Source of the DNA: Macrostomum lignano
Taxonomy: Eukaryota
NCBI GenBank assembly: GCA_002269645.1
Contig: NIVC01000963.1
Span: 62,001 to 126,000, forward strand
DNA: 64,000 bases
Direction of reading: 5' to 3'
The notes beneath the pieces were generated by a model, which was given only the letters and a program-made list of their open reading frames with translations, did not search any database and was not told the origin of the DNA. How positions within the stretch are numbered: position 1 is the first letter of the stretch; each line of letters opens with the position of its first letter. This document shows positions 48,601 through 59,014 of this stretch, in pieces. A program made the position numbers and the translations under genes.

Positions 48601-49684
48601 CTATAGAAGCCCTAGTCCATAGTTGTGAAGGCTGTCAGCTGCAAAGGAATTTGCCTGCACAAGCACCAGTTCAGCCTCTTGTCTGGCCGGAAAGCTGCCT
48701 TGGACTCGAATTCAACTGGACTACATGGGACCATTCCATGGATACTACTGGCTTGTTATAGTCGATGCAACAAGTAAATGGGTTGAGATCTTTCCCATGA
48801 AGCACGCAACTACCAACAGGACGATAGAATGTCTACGAGAAACTTTCGCACGATTTGGCATCCCACAGCAAGTGTTGAATGACAATGGAAGCCAGTTCTG
48901 CTCAGCTGAGTTCCGTACTTTCCTAGAGCGGAATAACATCCGACAGATTTTGACAGCTGTTGGACATCCGCGTACCAACGGACTTAGTGAAAGAATGGTG
49001 CAAACAGCAAAGTCTGCTATTAAAGCAGGAATTAAGACTCACGGTGATCCAATCTTGAGCATGCAGAACTTTCTGTTTCGCTATCGCAGTACACCTCATT
49101 CAACAACCTGTAGAACACCAGCAGAGATGATGCTATGCTACAGTCGCAGGACACGGTTGGATTTTCTTAAGCCGGATGCTTACTCAAGAGTGTTAAACAA
49201 GCAGACGGATGTCACTGAACGACAAATAGAGAGAGGATCAACTATTCGAGAATTTCAAGAAGGAGACTCAGTTCTGACGTTGGACTTCAGAAGGGAGCGA
49301 GAAAACAGGTGGATTTCTGCCAAGGTGATCGCCCGCACAGGACCGCTGTCCTATAGACTGTTGGTCAACGGACAAGTCTGGAAGCGACACGTCGACCAAA
49401 TTGTCAGTGCAGAGTTACCTGGACAGAACAGGCCGGAGGCTCATCACCTACCGCCTATTCTGAAGGATCCTAGGAGAGTTCAGAGCGACAAAACTACCAC
49501 CGAGAAAGAGCGGCGAGAGAGTGAATCAACTCAACCGGTCCAAGACGTGCCAAGCCGAGGAGAATCTCAGACAGCGGACACAGACCAGGATGACGCTGAC
49601 CCTAGAGCAGAAGGCGTGGGCACAAGGATACTGAGGGATCGAAGCAAATTGAGAAAACCGGATCGGTTGCATTACAGTGAATAA
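45612..49684 (+). CDS. Gag-Pol of element A (two CCHC knuckles, PR, RT, RNase H, integrase) with one frameshift at ~48695
   Basis: CFRCNAKDHWARSC, CSKCGRVGHLRDAC, LDTGAD, YIDD, TDAS, DHKPL, HHCC zinc finger. The conserved PWTRIQLDYMGPF continues in the -1 frame after ggaaagctg, consistent with a 1-nt deletion or a sequencing error. Confidence 0.93.
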
Positions 49685-51426
49685 TTCCGGATAACTGACA
49701 ATGCAACTTTTTATTGACAAAAGGGGGAATGTTGTATATTAACAGAGAAGACACAGAGTATGCCCCCAAGCCCAATGTTTTGTTGTCTAAGGCACAACCT
49801 ATTATTTTATAATAAAGTACGAGCTAGTTACAACATGAATCCCAAGAGGAGTTCGTAACTACCGGAGCAATACGATAGCTCGAACCCCTAAGCGAACCGT
49901 TGTCTTTGAAGTACAGGTGTCTTGCCTGTGGTTGTCTAGAGGCCTTCAATAGGAACGCTGCCCCGGTGAAGTACAGTTGCTTGAGCTCCTCTGGGAAGTC
50001 TCCGGGTTGATCTAGTAGCGTTGGTAGTGCTGCCACCAGCTTCGCAGAGTCGCAGCCTTCGGTGAGGTGCTGAGCTCGTAGAAGCAAATAATTAAGACGA
50101 GAGAAAGAGACTCGCACTCCGTGCAGATTTAGCAGTTCTCGCGCAGAGGTGCCCACCGTCAGCAGTCCCTGCCGGGCTAGTGCGGGGTGAGAGCGAAAGT
50201 ACTAGCTTCGGGCGGTCTGAGCTGGCCTGCTAGCTGATAGCAGGAACAATCAGAGGCAGTCACGCGCAAAGTCGGGAGTTTGGAGTTCACTTGAAGCGCA
50301 AACTGGGCACACAAACTTAGAGTTCGCTAGAAACGAAAACGGGACGCGGAAAACGCTAGAAACGGTAGGAACGGAAGGAACGAAAGGAAACGCAAGGAAA
50401 GGAAGGCTGAAACGGAAGGGCCGGTTAACGGAAGGAAAGAAAGGCTTGTCTGAGCCAAGCCAGGAGAGGGGCTGCATTTATAGGGAGGATCGATTGCACC
50501 ATAGCACGAAAGGCCCCCGCTGAGAGTCATAAGTGACTCTGTTGCTATTTTTAGCAACAAACAAGCGGGCCCTGCCTCAGAGGAGGCAAGGGGGGGTCCG
50601 GGCGCACGTGATCTCCCCATAAACACGAGCCCAGCGTACAATGATGAAATCATTGCACTTTGGACTGAAAGAAGGAAGAGGGCCTTGTCATGTGACTGAC
50701 TCACATGACAAGGGGAAAAGGCCCACAAGTGAAGGCACTCGTGACCGTGGGACCGGAAAACAGGAAGGCACTCCAAATTTGGAGATGCCTGACAGAGAAC
50801 GAAACAGAGGCAGGCCAGACCAAGCTGTCTGGGCACTGCAAAAAGGGAAAGCGAGACAAAAGGGGCAAACGAGGACAAACAGACAGACAGACAAACGGGC
50901 AGAGGACAGGCCAGGGACAGGCGGGAGGGACAGGCAACTGCCCAGCGGCAGACAGAAACCTGGGGAGAAGGCGAGGGCAACAGCTGACTAGTGCGGCGCC
51001 TAACTAAACTAGCGACTCACTACACTCTCCCCGTTCAAATAAAGAGGCGGAGTGAAGCGGCGCGCGCTTTATTTAAAACAAAGTAAACGTGAATTTACTG
51101 ACAAAAGAAAACACACAAAATTTCAAATGCGCTCGTGAAATTGCGCGACTGGCCAGGTCGTAAAGATAGTGGCCTGATACCGCGGGGGCGCCAACCCGCT
51201 AATAGCCTGCGCCTAACTATTCCTCGTGCTCCAGCCCGCAAAATTAGTGCTCGAATTTGGTGTGGGGGCGCCGGCCCACCCTAGAAATGGCGCCTAAATA
51301 TTGCGCGGGCGATACCTGAATACACAAGCCAACCGGCTTAAAATTCCTGCATAAGGGCGCTTAACTAGCGCGGCAAACGGGGCAACTTCATTGTCAACAG
51401 GGCGTACATCAGCGTACGGCCGCCAA

Positions 51427-52131
51427 TCAGTCAAAATAGCACAGACGCGGAGTCATCAAGAGCATCGGCAGGTCTTCTTCCCCGCCGCCCATGAATCGGG
51501 CAACGCGGACGGCCGCCAGGTGGAGAGCGTACGGCCGGTTCGGCCGCTCCAGGTCGGGGCCGGCCAGGCCGACCGCCTCCGCGAATAACCGGCTCCTCTC
51601 CTCGGCCGTGGTTTGACGGAGCTCCGCCCAGATCGGGCCACCGAGGTCAACGATTTCTCCGCCTTGCCGAGCCGCTCTGACGAGTACAGCGCTTATCAGG
51701 TTGGCGCCGGCAGCGATGACGGTAGCTCGGTATTCCGGTATTGGCGACTCCGTTTGAGTGCCGGTATCGAGCGTTTCCGCCGGACGTTCGGGCGATGGTG
51801 GCGGGGCCCTGGGCAGGGTGCGGCGCAGCGACGCGGCCAGGTCGGTCCAAACAGCTGAGGAGCATGCGGCCGCTCCCTGAGTGTCATCGGTCCAAGACAT
51901 CGGAGACGGGGCCGCGTCGGGATGCCTGGCGTCGTCGAGATCCCCTCCGCGTTCATCTGTTCCGCCGGGCCTGCCGTGGTGCTCCGACCCGACTCGCTCA
52001 CGGGCCGCCGGCCGAGCCCCGTCGATGTCTGGAAGGGAATTGCGGACTTGGAGGCGGATGTCCGCCAAGCCCCGCATCACCTGCTGTTCCAGCTGCACGT
52101 AAGCCAAAGCGGCCGCGATCCGGTCGACCAT
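51427..52131 (-). CDS. Accessory ORF4 of element B (234 aa, unknown function, TQT motif)
   Basis: True ATG start, sense to the element, located between integrase and the 3' LTR. Helical amphipathic N- and C-terminal parts. No TM or signal peptide seen. Confidence 0.55.
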   Translation of the reverse strand: MVDRIAAALAYVQLEQQVMRGLADIRLQVRNSLPDIDGARPAARERVGSEHHGRPGGTDERGGDLDDARHPDAAPSPMSWTDDTQGAAACSSAVWTDLAASLRRTLPRAPPPSPERPAETLDTGTQTESPIPEYRATVIAAGANLISAVLVRAARQGGEIVDLGGPIWAELRQTTAEERSRLFAEAVGLAGPDLERPNRPYALHLAAVRVARFMGGGEEDLPMLLMTPRLCYFD

Positions 52132-52721
52132 GAGTGTCGCGCAGTCGCGTCTGGCGATGGCGAGTCGCGCGTGAGGTCGATGACTTCGGGCGAGTGTCGT
52201 TGACCCCGAGCGGGGTGTTGAGCTGCATGGCTCTCCAGAACGGGCGAAGGGCTTCGCCTGGGTGCCGATGTTCGGAGTGGCCTCCCATTCCGCCTCTGGG
52301 GCTCGGGAGACGGCGTGCGACGGTGAGGGCGCCGATCAACCTGGCGCGTCGGCCTCGCCGAGCCGTTGCCTTCAGCCCTGAGTCTCCGGTTAATTGTCTC
52401 CAGCGGGCGCCGCGGGATCCCCATGGTCTCTGGCGAGACCGGGGTACCAGGTCGGCGCCGGCTACGGCTAGGCCGCCCTTGCTCCGCATCGGACGAGGAG
52501 CTTGAGCTCACGTGGAGCGGACGCTTGTGCATTTCTGCGCTGCAAGGTTTTAATTTGTGCACACGCATGCGGGCGGTGCGACTAACGTACGTTTTGGCCC
52601 TAGGATCGCTAATCAGAAGCCTCTCCGGCGGCCTCCGATCCCTAACTGGCCTACCTACCACTACTGGTATGGGAGACGCTTCCACCTGAGTGGTGCAAGG
52701 AGGTGGCGCAGGAGACTGCAC
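52077..52721 (-). CDS. Accessory ORF3 of element B (Arg/Ser/Pro-rich, VIDLT motif); start uncertain (GTG 52721 or ATG 52568)
   Basis: Open 214 codons overlapping the integrase stop and the ORF4 start. Confidence 0.4.
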   Translation of the reverse strand: MQSPAPPPCTTQVEASPIPVVVGRPVRDRRPPERLLISDPRAKTYVSRTARMRVHKLKPCSAEMHKRPLHVSSSSSSDAEQGRPSRSRRRPGTPVSPETMGIPRRPLETINRRLRAEGNGSARPTRQVDRRPHRRTPSPEPQRRNGRPLRTSAPRRSPSPVLESHAAQHPARGQRHSPEVIDLTRDSPSPDATARHSWSTGSRPLWLTCSWNSR

Positions 52722-55080
52722 CGCCGAAAAAGGTTCGGGAAGGGGGACGCATGGACAGGTGAAAAAGAAGCAGCAGGTGCAGACGCATTCAAACCAGGCA
52801 CACCATCATGGCGATCACCATACGGCAGTGGCTCACGCCGAAATGCACTTGCCTGGTTCGCTGGTGTCGTGACCGGTCCACCTCCTGGCTGCACATCCGG
52901 GATCGCCAACGGCCGGAAGCGCCACCGGAAGGCCGGCCATGCGTCATCATCATCATCGTCCTCGTCCGGATCGTCCTCCGGAATCGGTGTCAGAGTCGCG
53001 GGTCCTGCACCGTCCGGGGCATCAGTCAACCTGCAGCGCTTCTTGGCCTGGTCGACTTCTGGATCCGAAGTCAGCTGGTAGTCGGCATCAGGGACGAGTA
53101 GCAGATTCCGGCGATGGACTACTAGCTCGTCGCGCCTGGCCCGCGGGTTTGGCACTCTACGGCGAATCTTGTAGACGACCTCGCCCTTGGGTTCGACTAC
53201 CTCGTACAGCGCTTTGCGAGGTCGATGGAACTTCGCCGCTTCATCCGGTTCGAGCACCGGGTTGTTGAGGAAAACCAGGTCACCAGGTTGGAGCTTCTTG
53301 GCAGCGGGCAGGTTCGAATAGTGCTCGTCGCGCAGTTGCTGATGCAGATGCAGGCGTTCTTTGGCTAGCTCAGTCGCTTCGTCCAAACGGCGCTGGAAGT
53401 CCTTGACATAGTCAGGCAGATTGGCATACTCCGGCAGCTTCTTGATCGCGTTGTCGATTGGTAGTCGAAAGTCTCGACCAAACACCAGGTAGTGAGGCGT
53501 GAAACCTGTCACCGGGTGTACACTAGAGCGGAGCGCCATCAAGCAGGCTGGGAGGAAGGTGTCCCAGTCGTTATGGTTGCGCTCGAGGAGGCAGGTGAGG
53601 ACACTCTTCAGCTGCTTGTTGAGGTTCTCGACTTGCCCATTAGAAGCTGGGTTGTACGGTGTTGTCGTCGTATGCCGGATGCCAAACAGGTCGCAGAACT
53701 TCTTGAAAGCTGAGCCAGTGAAATTGGTTCCTTGATCAGTGTGTATCCAGCATGGTACACCAAAGTCAGGGATCAAGCGCTCCTGCAGGATCTTGATGAC
53801 CGTCTTGGCTTTCTGGTTCCTCATCGGATAGGCGAACGGGTACTTCGACGTCGCGTCGCATAGCGTCAAGATGTAGCGGTTCCCGCTCTTGCTCTTCTGG
53901 GCGATAGGGCCTACTACATCGCAATGTACTCTTCCCAGGACTTCGCACACAGGGAAGCTCTGTACAGGTACTCGGTCTCGTCTTCGGGATTTACTTTCAA
54001 GACAGGCGCGGCACTTACTGATAAAGTTCTCGGTGACACGGGCTAGTCCGGGCCTCCAGAATCGTTCACGTAGCCGCTTCAACGTCTTCGTCTGGCCGAG
54101 GTGTCCACACAGTGGCGAACTGTGGAGCTCCTGGAGCACCTGGGCATCTAGAGCTTCGGGCAGGACAACCTTCGGGGGCTGCTGGCCATCAGTCAGATCG
54201 ATCATCAGCAGGCCGTTGTCCTCTCGCAGATTATCATAATATCCGAGCAGATTCCGCTGCTCCTTCGTCAGTCGCAACCGGGCGTCGAACTCAGGCTTCA
54301 GGGCTTTGTTCTCGACCAAGTTGAGCACGTAGCTGATTGCTCGGTCGGCGCGCTGCGCGTCGACAAACTGTTGCCGCGTCATCGGCATCCTCAGAAAATC
54401 AGTGAGCACGGCGCGGCATGGCTGAGGGTTCCGGATTTCCTCAGTCTCCGCTTCTGTGGCTCGCAGTTGATCACGCGACTCCGTCTTGTCGGCGTCAGGA
54501 TTAGGTCGCTCCGAGGGACTTTGTCTCACAACGTCGGCGTACGATCGCTGATCTCGTTTCGAAGTTCTCATCGTCGCTCTCTTGACAGGAATTTCCGCAG
54601 CTGGAGCAGTGCACTTGCCTCCACTGCACAGCCCAGGCGACTCTTGGCTGTAGGGCGAGACGCAACACGTGAAGCACGCCTCGTCGCAGGCAGCCGTAGC
54701 CGTCGGCTCGATCATCGTCGTCATTGGGTGAGTCTTCTCCAGCACTGGGCGGTGTCGCAAAGGGGGACTCGACTTTCCGCACAGGCGATGAGCAGCTGTC
54801 TGTCGGCTCGGGGGACAGAGCGTTGACCTTGCAGCCGTCGCGAGAGTCTGGCCTCTGTCAACACGGCGAGAACTCTCAGCGCAAAACTCCGGGGAGTTGA
54901 ACTTACATTGCTGGTCTGGATTCGCGTTGTGGGCTGTCATCAGAAGGGCTGCTTGTTCAGTGGCCTCTGAGTCGTGGTCCATGGGCGTCTCCAGATTCCG
55001 AGACCCGCAGTCTTGGACATCATCAAGGAGGTCTACGTCAGCAGTGGCCTCCGAGGTTTGTCCGGGCGAATCTCCAAGTA
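52661..55080 (-). CDS. Pol C-terminal part of element B: linker plus integrase (HHCC, DDE, GPY/F-like tail)
   Basis: ELHSSPLCGHLG..C..C, VHCDVVGP, IHTDQGTNF, SNGQVENLNK, GFTPHYLVFGR. Frame differs from PR-RT-RH. Confidence 0.92.
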
Positions 55081-57797
55081 ACGGCAGTCGGCGTGGGCGT
55101 CGCGCGGAGGGCTGAGGTGTCAGTGGCCTCCGGGTTGGTGTCCAAACCGGTCTCCAGGCGTTGACTGCAGCGATGGTCGTCGTGCTGAAGGACTGCTGGC
55201 GCAGTGGCCTCCAGGTCTTCGGCCAGGGCAGTTTCGGCCTCCTTGTTGCGAGTGTGGACCTTCTTCGTGCGGGCTGCTCTCGCAGTGGCCTCACGTGTGG
55301 TGTCCAATTCCGGCTCCAGGCTGGTGTCATCACCGGGTCGGGCTGCAGAACCGGGGTGCTCCAGCAGTCGGCCATGTTCGAAGTCAACCGGTGGTGTCTC
55401 CGGGCGTCTTGACAGGGCGTCAGCGTTGGCGTGGTCCTTGCCTTTGCGATGGTGAAGCTGGAAGCGGAACTCGCTTAATCGCTCAATCCAACGGCCCAAG
55501 ATGCCTGTGACCTGCGTCTGGTTCAGCAGCCACAGCAAGGCCCGATGGTCAGAACGAACTTCAAACTTCTTGCCGATTAAATAATGACGGAAATGTCGCA
55601 TCGCGTCCACGATTGCAAGCAGCTCTTTCTTCGTGACCGTGTAGCGCTTCTCAGGATCACGAAGCTTCCGGCTAAAGAATGCAATTGGGCGCTCGACGCC
55701 GTCGGATTGCCGTTGTCCAAGACAAGCGCCTATGCGAATGTCTGAGGCATCCGTGTCTAGGACAAACTTCACATTAGGATCTGAGTTAAACTCAGGCAGA
55801 GCGAGAACTTCAGTCGAACACAACTTCTTCTTCAACGTGTCGAACGCTACCTGGTGCTCATCAGTCCAATGCTGCCGCAGGCTGCCGATGTCCTTTCGAG
55901 TCAGGGCATGTAGCGGCGCAGCAAATCCAGCGTAGCCGTTGACAAACTTGTGGTAGTAATTGGCGAGGCCTAGGAATTGTCTCAGTTGAGTAACGGACTG
56001 TGGCACGGGCCAATCACGGATCTGCGCAATCTTGTCCTCACAGGTCTTCAGGCCGTCGGGAGTCACGACGTGGCCTAGATAATGCAGCTCCTTGAGGAAC
56101 AAATGGCACTTCTTCGGCTTGACCTTGAGGTTGGCTGCGATAATCCGCTGGAGTACAGTCCGCAGGTTGTCCAGCTGCTCCTCGAAGGTCACAGAGTGCA
56201 CCACGATGTCATCCATGTAGCCAAGCGCAGTCTTTGGCGTCAGGCCGTCCAGGAGCTTATTGATGCAACGCTGAAAGCTGCCTGGACTATCGTGGAGACC
56301 CATCGGTAGAACATTGAAACAGAATTGTCCGCGGTCAATCACAGAGAACGCCGTCAGGTGCTGATCGCAGTCGCGCAGCGGGATCTGCCAGAATCCTTGA
56401 GCGAGATCCAAGCTAGAGTACCACTGGGCACCACGCAGCTTCGCGAAGGTCTCCTGAATGTGCGGCAGCGGGTACGGGTGGTACACACACTTGTCGTTGA
56501 GAGCTCTGAAGTCATGCACCAGCCTGATGTTGCCGTCCTTCTTGGGCACTATCAGCATTGGCGAGTTGTAGCTAGAATAAGCCGGGCGAATGATGTGCTT
56601 CGCCAGCATCTCGTCTAGCAGGGCGTCTAGCTTGTCCTTCAGATGAGGCGGGATCCTGCGCGGTGGTAGCGCAACTGGTGTCCGATCCTTCAGGATGATC
56701 TCGTGGGTCACCAGGTGTGTCAGGCCAGCGTCTAGCAGATGCTTCGAGAAGGCTGCTTGACACTCAACTAGTAGATCTCGCACTCTCTGTCGTTGATCTT
56801 CGGACAGCTCGCTGTTGATCTCGACTTCCTCTAGCCAAGCTGTGCTGGACTCTTCAGGGCTCCTTGGCAAATGTCGAACTTCAGGTTCCGGCGTCTCTTC
56901 CAGGTACATCAGGTCGGCAGTTCTAAGTGGTGTCGCAACACCAACGCGGATGCCCGACTGCAGGAACACCTCACAGTCAGCAGTGTTGACGACCTCGATG
57001 TAGCCTCGACCTTCAGGCATAGTCATCAGAGCTGGAGCTGCTTCCAGAGTGTTGCAGCTGGGGTGCAGTCTCGACTTCACCAGCTCGACGATTGATGGCG
57101 ATCCTCGGTTCTCGGGGTGGCCGACATCCAACTGGACGGCCAACAGCGCTGAACTTCTCGGCGGCAGAGTGCACTTCTCGGAGGTGTACACCCGGCATGA
57201 TTGAAGCTCACGGCGCGAATAGCGAACGGGAATGCACGCGCCATTGTTGAACTTTAACATTCCTTGCGCAAAGTCCAAGTTTTGGCAGTGTTCACGCATG
57301 AAATTAATACCAAGCAAATTTTCACAATCGGTGACCGTGACCAGGAATTCGGTGTCCGCGACGACATCACCGAACTCCACCGGGATGATCACCTTACACG
57401 CAAGGGGTAGCTGCGTACCGTCGTACATGGTCACGCAATCCGGGATAGCATGCGATATGATACAACGAGGCATCCGACGTCTAACATTGGCCCAGGTCGA
57501 CGCTCCAAGAAAGTTTTTCCGACTGCCGCTGTCTAGTAAGAAAGGGACTTCTCGGCCCGCCAATCGGCCGGTGACGTACGGATCAGCCTCACGCGCATGG
57601 ATTTTTTGATCATCGGAGGTGTCCACGAAACCTCCGCACTCAGCCTCACTTACTGATGAGCGACTGTCGGACTGGGCATTGGCGCCTGCGCAGCCGACAT
57701 CCTCTTCTTCTGGTGAGCGTTCGGAGTCTGCCAAGTAGCCGGGGCTTGGGCTCTGCGGAGGGCGTTGCCGTGGGCGCTCTCCGTCTCGCCGTTTCCC
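55080..57797 (-). CDS. Pol of element B: protease, RT, RNase H (entered by -1 frameshift from gag)
   Basis: FLLDSGS, LDLAQGFWQI, YMDD, DTDAS, SDHRAL, ADALSR. Confidence 0.95.
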
Positions 57798-58819
57798 TGG
57801 TTCTGGCGTAACGGGCACTGTGCATTGCGATGACCAGGCTGACCGCAGCCATAGCAGATCATGGCTTTCGCCGGCGGACTCGTCTTCTGCTGCTGGTCAC
57901 GCTGCACCAGGTTGTCTAGCAGTCGCTGCTGTTTCTCTAGCAGATCAGTCAGAGCCAGGAGAGCTTGAGCGGTGGCGTCGGGCGTCGGGTCACCGTCGCG
58001 CTCCCCGTTCAGCATGCGAACCGGGGGTTGAGCAGAGCGCTGCGCCAGTTCTTTAGCGCCTTCCAGACGATGGAGTTCTCGAATAGCGGCCAGCAGATTG
58101 TTCGGGCGGACCCAATAGAGCCGCTCGCGCAGATCTGGTGTCGTCCTGATGCCAGCTAGGAACTGATCAGCCAGCTCCCGCTCTCGATCCTCAGGGTGCA
58201 TTCGAGGGTACGCTCGCTCTCCCAAGGTGCGCAGGGCATCAGCGTACTCTTCTGCTGACTCGTTCTTGCCTTGCTGACGGCGCCTCAGCAGCTCTCGATA
58301 TTCATCCGCGCCACCGTGGCGGGCGAATCTCTCGATCAATCGCTGCTTGACCTCCTCGTAGCCAGCATAGCGTGGGAGGTGCATACTGAGCAGAGCCGGG
58401 TAAGCAGTAGCCAGATCTAGACTCGCAACGAGGTGCTGCTTCATCTCGATCGGGTCTTCGATACGCTCCATCTCGCAGCGCTGCTCGAACGCGGCGAGCC
58501 AGACGTGGATGTCCTGGCTGGGCGTGTACTTTACAATCTTAACAGATTTGCTTACCGGCCGCTCCATCTGCTGCTGCAGAGCTGCCATCATCGTTCTCAC
58601 ATCCTGGGGCCTGATGTTCTGGCCGAGGTCGTCCAAACCTGGCAGAAGCTCGTCTGGCGGGTCTTCGGACACTTCGCTTCTCGCACTTCGCCGCGGCATC
58701 TGCTGACCAAGGTCGTTGACCGCTGCTGCTGCGGCAGCCGATGCTGCTGCAGGTCTCGAACTGCTGATGTGCTGATCCAGCCGGCTGCTGCACCGGCTCT
58801 CTTCTCTCTCGTTAAACAT
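57650..58819 (-). CDS. Gag of element B (389 aa, capsid-like region and one CCHC knuckle)
   Basis: ATG at 58819. RRQQGKNESAEEYADALRTL and CYGCGQPGHRNAQC. Confidence 0.92.
   Translation of the reverse strand: MFNEREESRCSSRLDQHISSSRPAAASAAAAAAVNDLGQQMPRRSARSEVSEDPPDELLPGLDDLGQNIRPQDVRTMMAALQQQMERPVSKSVKIVKYTPSQDIHVWLAAFEQRCEMERIEDPIEMKQHLVASLDLATAYPALLSMHLPRYAGYEEVKQRLIERFARHGGADEYRELLRRRQQGKNESAEEYADALRTLGERAYPRMHPEDRERELADQFLAGIRTTPDLRERLYWVRPNNLLAAIRELHRLEGAKELAQRSAQPPVRMLNGERDGDPTPDATAQALLALTDLLEKQQRLLDNLVQRDQQQKTSPPAKAMICYGCGQPGHRNAQCPLRQNQGNGETESAHGNALRRAQAPATWQTPNAHQKKRMSAAQAPMPSPTVAHQ
57756..57797 (-). promoter_or_regulatory. Programmed -1 ribosomal frameshift signal (G GGA AAC plus downstream hairpin)
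   Basis: The heptamer at 57797-57791 is in the correct phase of the gag frame. After a 7-nt spacer comes the stem CGGAG(A)GCG/CGC(C)CTCCG with a 10-nt loop. Confidence 0.85.
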
Positions 58820-58897
58820 TTCAAATTAGTAGAATAGCCGAATTCTTACTCGAAAGAGCGGTTGTCTTGGGTGTAGTAGTAGTCGAATCTTGACTTG

Positions 58898-59014
58898 TCG
58901 GATCCCAGATAGTCGTGTCGTTGACTCGTCGAATCCCAGATAGTCGTGTTGTTGACTCGTCGAATCCCAGATAGTCGTGTCGTTGACTCGTCGAATCCCA
59001 CCGCTGAGTCACCA
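58898..59014 (-). promoter_or_regulatory. tRNA-Leu-type PBS plus 3.3 copies of a 31-bp leader repeat
   Basis: Minus strand reads TGGTGACTCAGCGGTGGGATTCGA. Units starting tc(g/a)aatccca recur at 58898, 58929, 58960 and 58991. Confidence 0.75.

Noticed and set aside
48690-48700. Programmed frameshift before the integrase core of element A
   Set aside because: There is no slippery heptamer or stimulatory structure. A 1-nt loss near an A-run is better explained by mutation or sequencing error.
49824-51007. Duplicated small ORFs (repeated at 58846-60115) as genes
   Set aside because: They are incidental frames within the two LTR copies.
51427-52721. env gene in element B
   Set aside because: No signal peptide, furin site or transmembrane anchor is visible.
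58991-59014. tRNA gene
   Set aside because: Only the 3' ~24 nt resemble a tRNA and they abut an LTR, so this is a primer-binding site.
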